The position numbers and the translations under genes were made by a program. DNA of 64,000 nucleotides from Eledone cirrhosa. Lineage: Eukaryota. The notes beneath the pieces were generated by a model, which did not search any database, was not told the DNA's origin, and saw only the letters and a program-made list of their open reading frames with translations. Each line of letters opens with the position of its first letter. Position 1 is the stretch's first letter. Location: the NCBI GenBank assembly GCA_964016885.1, contig OZ024750.1:51832001-51896000 (forward strand), written 5' to 3'. Of the stretch, positions 61,130 to 64,000 are shown in pieces.

Positions 61130-63095
61130 ATAGATAGATTTCTTTATTTGCCAGAAGGGCGCACAAGAAAAGGGGACAATATAAAGACATGCCGGGGATT
61201 TTACATACAGTCGTGTAAAAAATATAAAACACACAATTATAATAATCGAAATCCCCAATAGGGGGGAAGCGTCACAAATGGGTTGTTTAATACCCTGTCG
61301 ATAGAACAACCCTCAACTTCAGGAGCGTGTTGTGCAAGTGGTCCTTTCTTCCTTTTGCTCTCTTCTTGAACCTACAGGCTTATAAACAGAGATGGCCCAA
61401 ACATTCGGGCCATTTTCGCTTCATTCACCCACCTTTCAGTAAATTTACGGGGGTGCAGTGCCTCTCTCTCCACCCTGATTCTCCTTCTAAAGTGATACTT
61501 AAAGAAGGGAATCAATTGTTGTCCGGAGAGAAAGGCATCTGTCCTCAGTCCTCTCAATCGTCCACCATATAACCTCTTTCACCATAGCTACTGTACAGAG
61601 GAAAACTGCCTCTCTTTCGTTTTTGAAAGAAGCTGGCGGTTTGATCCTTACTATGGCTCGGCAGTCAACTAGATTTGTCCCATACGCGACAGCAGTTGTT
61701 CCGCGTAGTTCCACAGCTCGGTTACGCCCGGGCAATGTACAATTGCGTGCAGGACGGTTTCAATGTCCGGCGCGCATCTTGGACACATCCTTTTGGAAGG
61801 ATCCCTGCCTGTAGATCTTGTCACAAACTGGTAGAGCTTCTCGGTAGCACTGCCAGGTCAGGGACCTCTGGAAGTAGTCTATGGGTCCCGGGCGGAAAGT
61901 CCTACCAAACAGACTGGTGAGTTCGTCGTCTTCGACGCCTAGAGTCTCTCCGAGCACGTCGTCGCCCTTGTATCGTACAATCCCTCTATAGAATGTCGAA
62001 GTGGAGTCTGCACTGATTGCTGTGCCCGCTTGAAAGAGGACTGTGAGCGCCTGAGCGCATTCAAGGTGCCAGGCGCCCATCGTTTTCGGTCTTTTCTTGA
62101 CCCAGGACTGCAGCTCCGTCAGCGAGACGAGCTGCGGGAAAGCCTGTCTCACAAACGGTGCCCACACCGGTTGGGGGTCGGTGAGGAATACATGGAGATG
62201 CCGCAGCCTCAGCGCATGCTTGCGCATCATCAGCCACGGCATTCCCAGCCCTCCGTTGGAACGGTGCTGACAGCAGACGGATCTCCTCACCAGCGGAGCC
62301 TGCTTCTTCCACAGAAACTGGAAGAGCATGCGTTCCATCTTGACGAGGTGTTCCATCTTGACGGGGACAAGGCACGGCAGTCAAGCGGTAGTAGATGACG
62401 GACGCTATGAAAGTGTTCGCCACTTCCGCTCGACCTTTCAAGGATAGTTTGCACTCTACCCACTTCTGGGTGAGCACAAATACCTTGGCCGTGACTTCGT
62501 TCCAGTTTTTATCCATTTGGAGTTCTGGACCGAACCAGACCCCGAGCAATTTCACCGGTCCGTCCGTCCAGCGTCCAACGACGCTGTCGGACGTCATCGG
62601 TTTGCCTCTCCACGTACCGAGGTGCAAACCGACAGACTTGTCCGGGTTTAGTTTTGCTCCCGTCAGCGTTTCGTATTCTTTCAGTAAGTTGCCGATCACC
62701 CCGATTTCCGAGGTGCTCGACACCATTACCGTCATGTCGTCGGCATAAGCCGACGCTGCTTTGCGCAGTTCCAGTTCTAGAGGGATGCCCTGCAACAGCT
62801 CCAATTTCCGCAGTAGTGGCTCTAGAGTCAATACATACAGAATGGAGGAGAGAAGATATCCCTGTCGAATGTAACGCGTGATTGCGAACTGCTTCGATAG
62901 GTAGCCGTTCACCTTGACCCTCGAGCAGATGCTGGTGTGCATCGCCTCGATCCAGCCTCTCAAAACGGGACCGAAACCGGCCGCCTTGAGAACCGCTTCC
63001 AAGTATCGATGGTCGACCCTATCGAATGCCTTAGACTGATCCAAATTGGTCAGAGCCCCACCGAAGCCGGGCTTACTACCCACCCTCTCTATGAT
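61130..63095 (-). mobile_element. Tx1/L1-clade LINE, 5' truncated (RT plus C-terminal domain)
   Basis: LDQSKAFDRVDH, IRQGYLLS, AYADD, VKLLGVWF, LSLKGR, GGLGMP; 3' end AATAAAGAAA followed by (TCTA)n. Confidence 0.9.
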
Positions 63096-63096
63096 G

Positions 63097-64000
63097 TATA
63101 GATAGATAGATAGATAGATATATTTCTTTATTAGCCACAGGGGCACAAAAGAAGGGGACAAATACAAAGGGGGAAGTTTACATACAATAAAAACGTGTAA
63201 AATGTTATCACAGATGGAATTTAAAAGCTAGTCGATTTTCCCCAATAGAGGGAGACAGTTTATATGGGTAACACATACCCCCGAAAAAAAATGTGCAACC
63301 CTCATCTCCAGGAGTACGAAGAGCTTGTACTCCTTTCCTCTCCTCCTCCTTTTCCTCAACCTACAGGCTGATATAGAGAGAAGGCCCATTCACTCGGGCC
63401 ATTCTCGCCACTTTCACCCACCTTTCATAAAACTTGCTGGGGTACAGCACCTCTCTCTCCATCCTGATTCTTCTTCCAAAGTGGTATTCGAAAAAAAGAA
63501 TCAGTTGTTGGCCGGAGAGAAAGGTGTCTGACCTCAGCCCTTTCAACCTTTTCCACCATACAACCTCTTTCGCCATAGCTATCACACAAAGGAAAACCGC
63601 CTCTCCTTCGTTTTTGAAGGAGGGTGGCGGTTTGATCATGACAATGGACTCGGTGGTCAACTGGATTGGTCCCACCCGCGACAATAGTCGTTCCACATAG
63701 CCCCACAGGTCAGTGACGCCCGGGCAGTGTATGAATGCGTGCGCGACGGTTTCTTCGTCTCGCACGCACCTCGGACAGATCTTTTTTGCAGGGTCCCTTC
63801 CCGGGCGCCCATGTCTGTAGAGCTTGTCTCGAACTGGTAGAGGTCCTCGGTAGCACTGCCAGGCCAGGGACTTTTGGAAGTTGTCCATCGGTCCCGGGCG
63901 GAAGGTCCTACCGAACAGACTGGCCAGTTCATCTTCCTCTACGCCTAGAGTTTCACCGAGCGCGTCGTCGCACTTGCTGCGGACCAACCCTCTATAGAAT
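63097..64000 (-). mobile_element. Tx1/L1-clade LINE 3' end (second subfamily; continues beyond the window)
   Basis: LPVRDKL..CPRC...ETVAHAFIHC zinc knuckle; 3' end AATAAAGAAA followed by (TCTA)n. Confidence 0.9.

Overview
Repeat-saturated animal genomic DNA. The abundant tRNA-derived SINE resembles, from memory rather than a search, the octopus/cephalopod SINE family. The only host coding sequence I can support is the first coding exon of a FABP/iLBP-family gene on the minus strand (999->918); its other exons lie left of the window. Decayed mobile DNA sits between (TA)n, (CA)n, (AAC)n and (GGT)n tracts. It includes five Penelope-like element (PLE) remnants (four with RT plus GIY-YIG, one GIY-YIG only), four Tx1/L1-clade LINE pieces, a near full-length RTE LINE with a degenerate HDV-like 5' fold, a hAT element with TIRs and an 8-bp TSD, a non-autonomous Helitron, seven SINEs, and a 6.5-kb 90-bp satellite with higher-order structure. 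The most interesting signal is non-coding: about a dozen type I hammerhead ribozyme (HHR) motifs, many of the minimal palindromic-stem-III type. They occur in (i) a ~421-bp circularly permuted, terminally redundant retrozyme-like family with 4 copies and (ii) fold-back elements inserted in (TA)n tracts. All structures were read by eye; no folding or database search was run.
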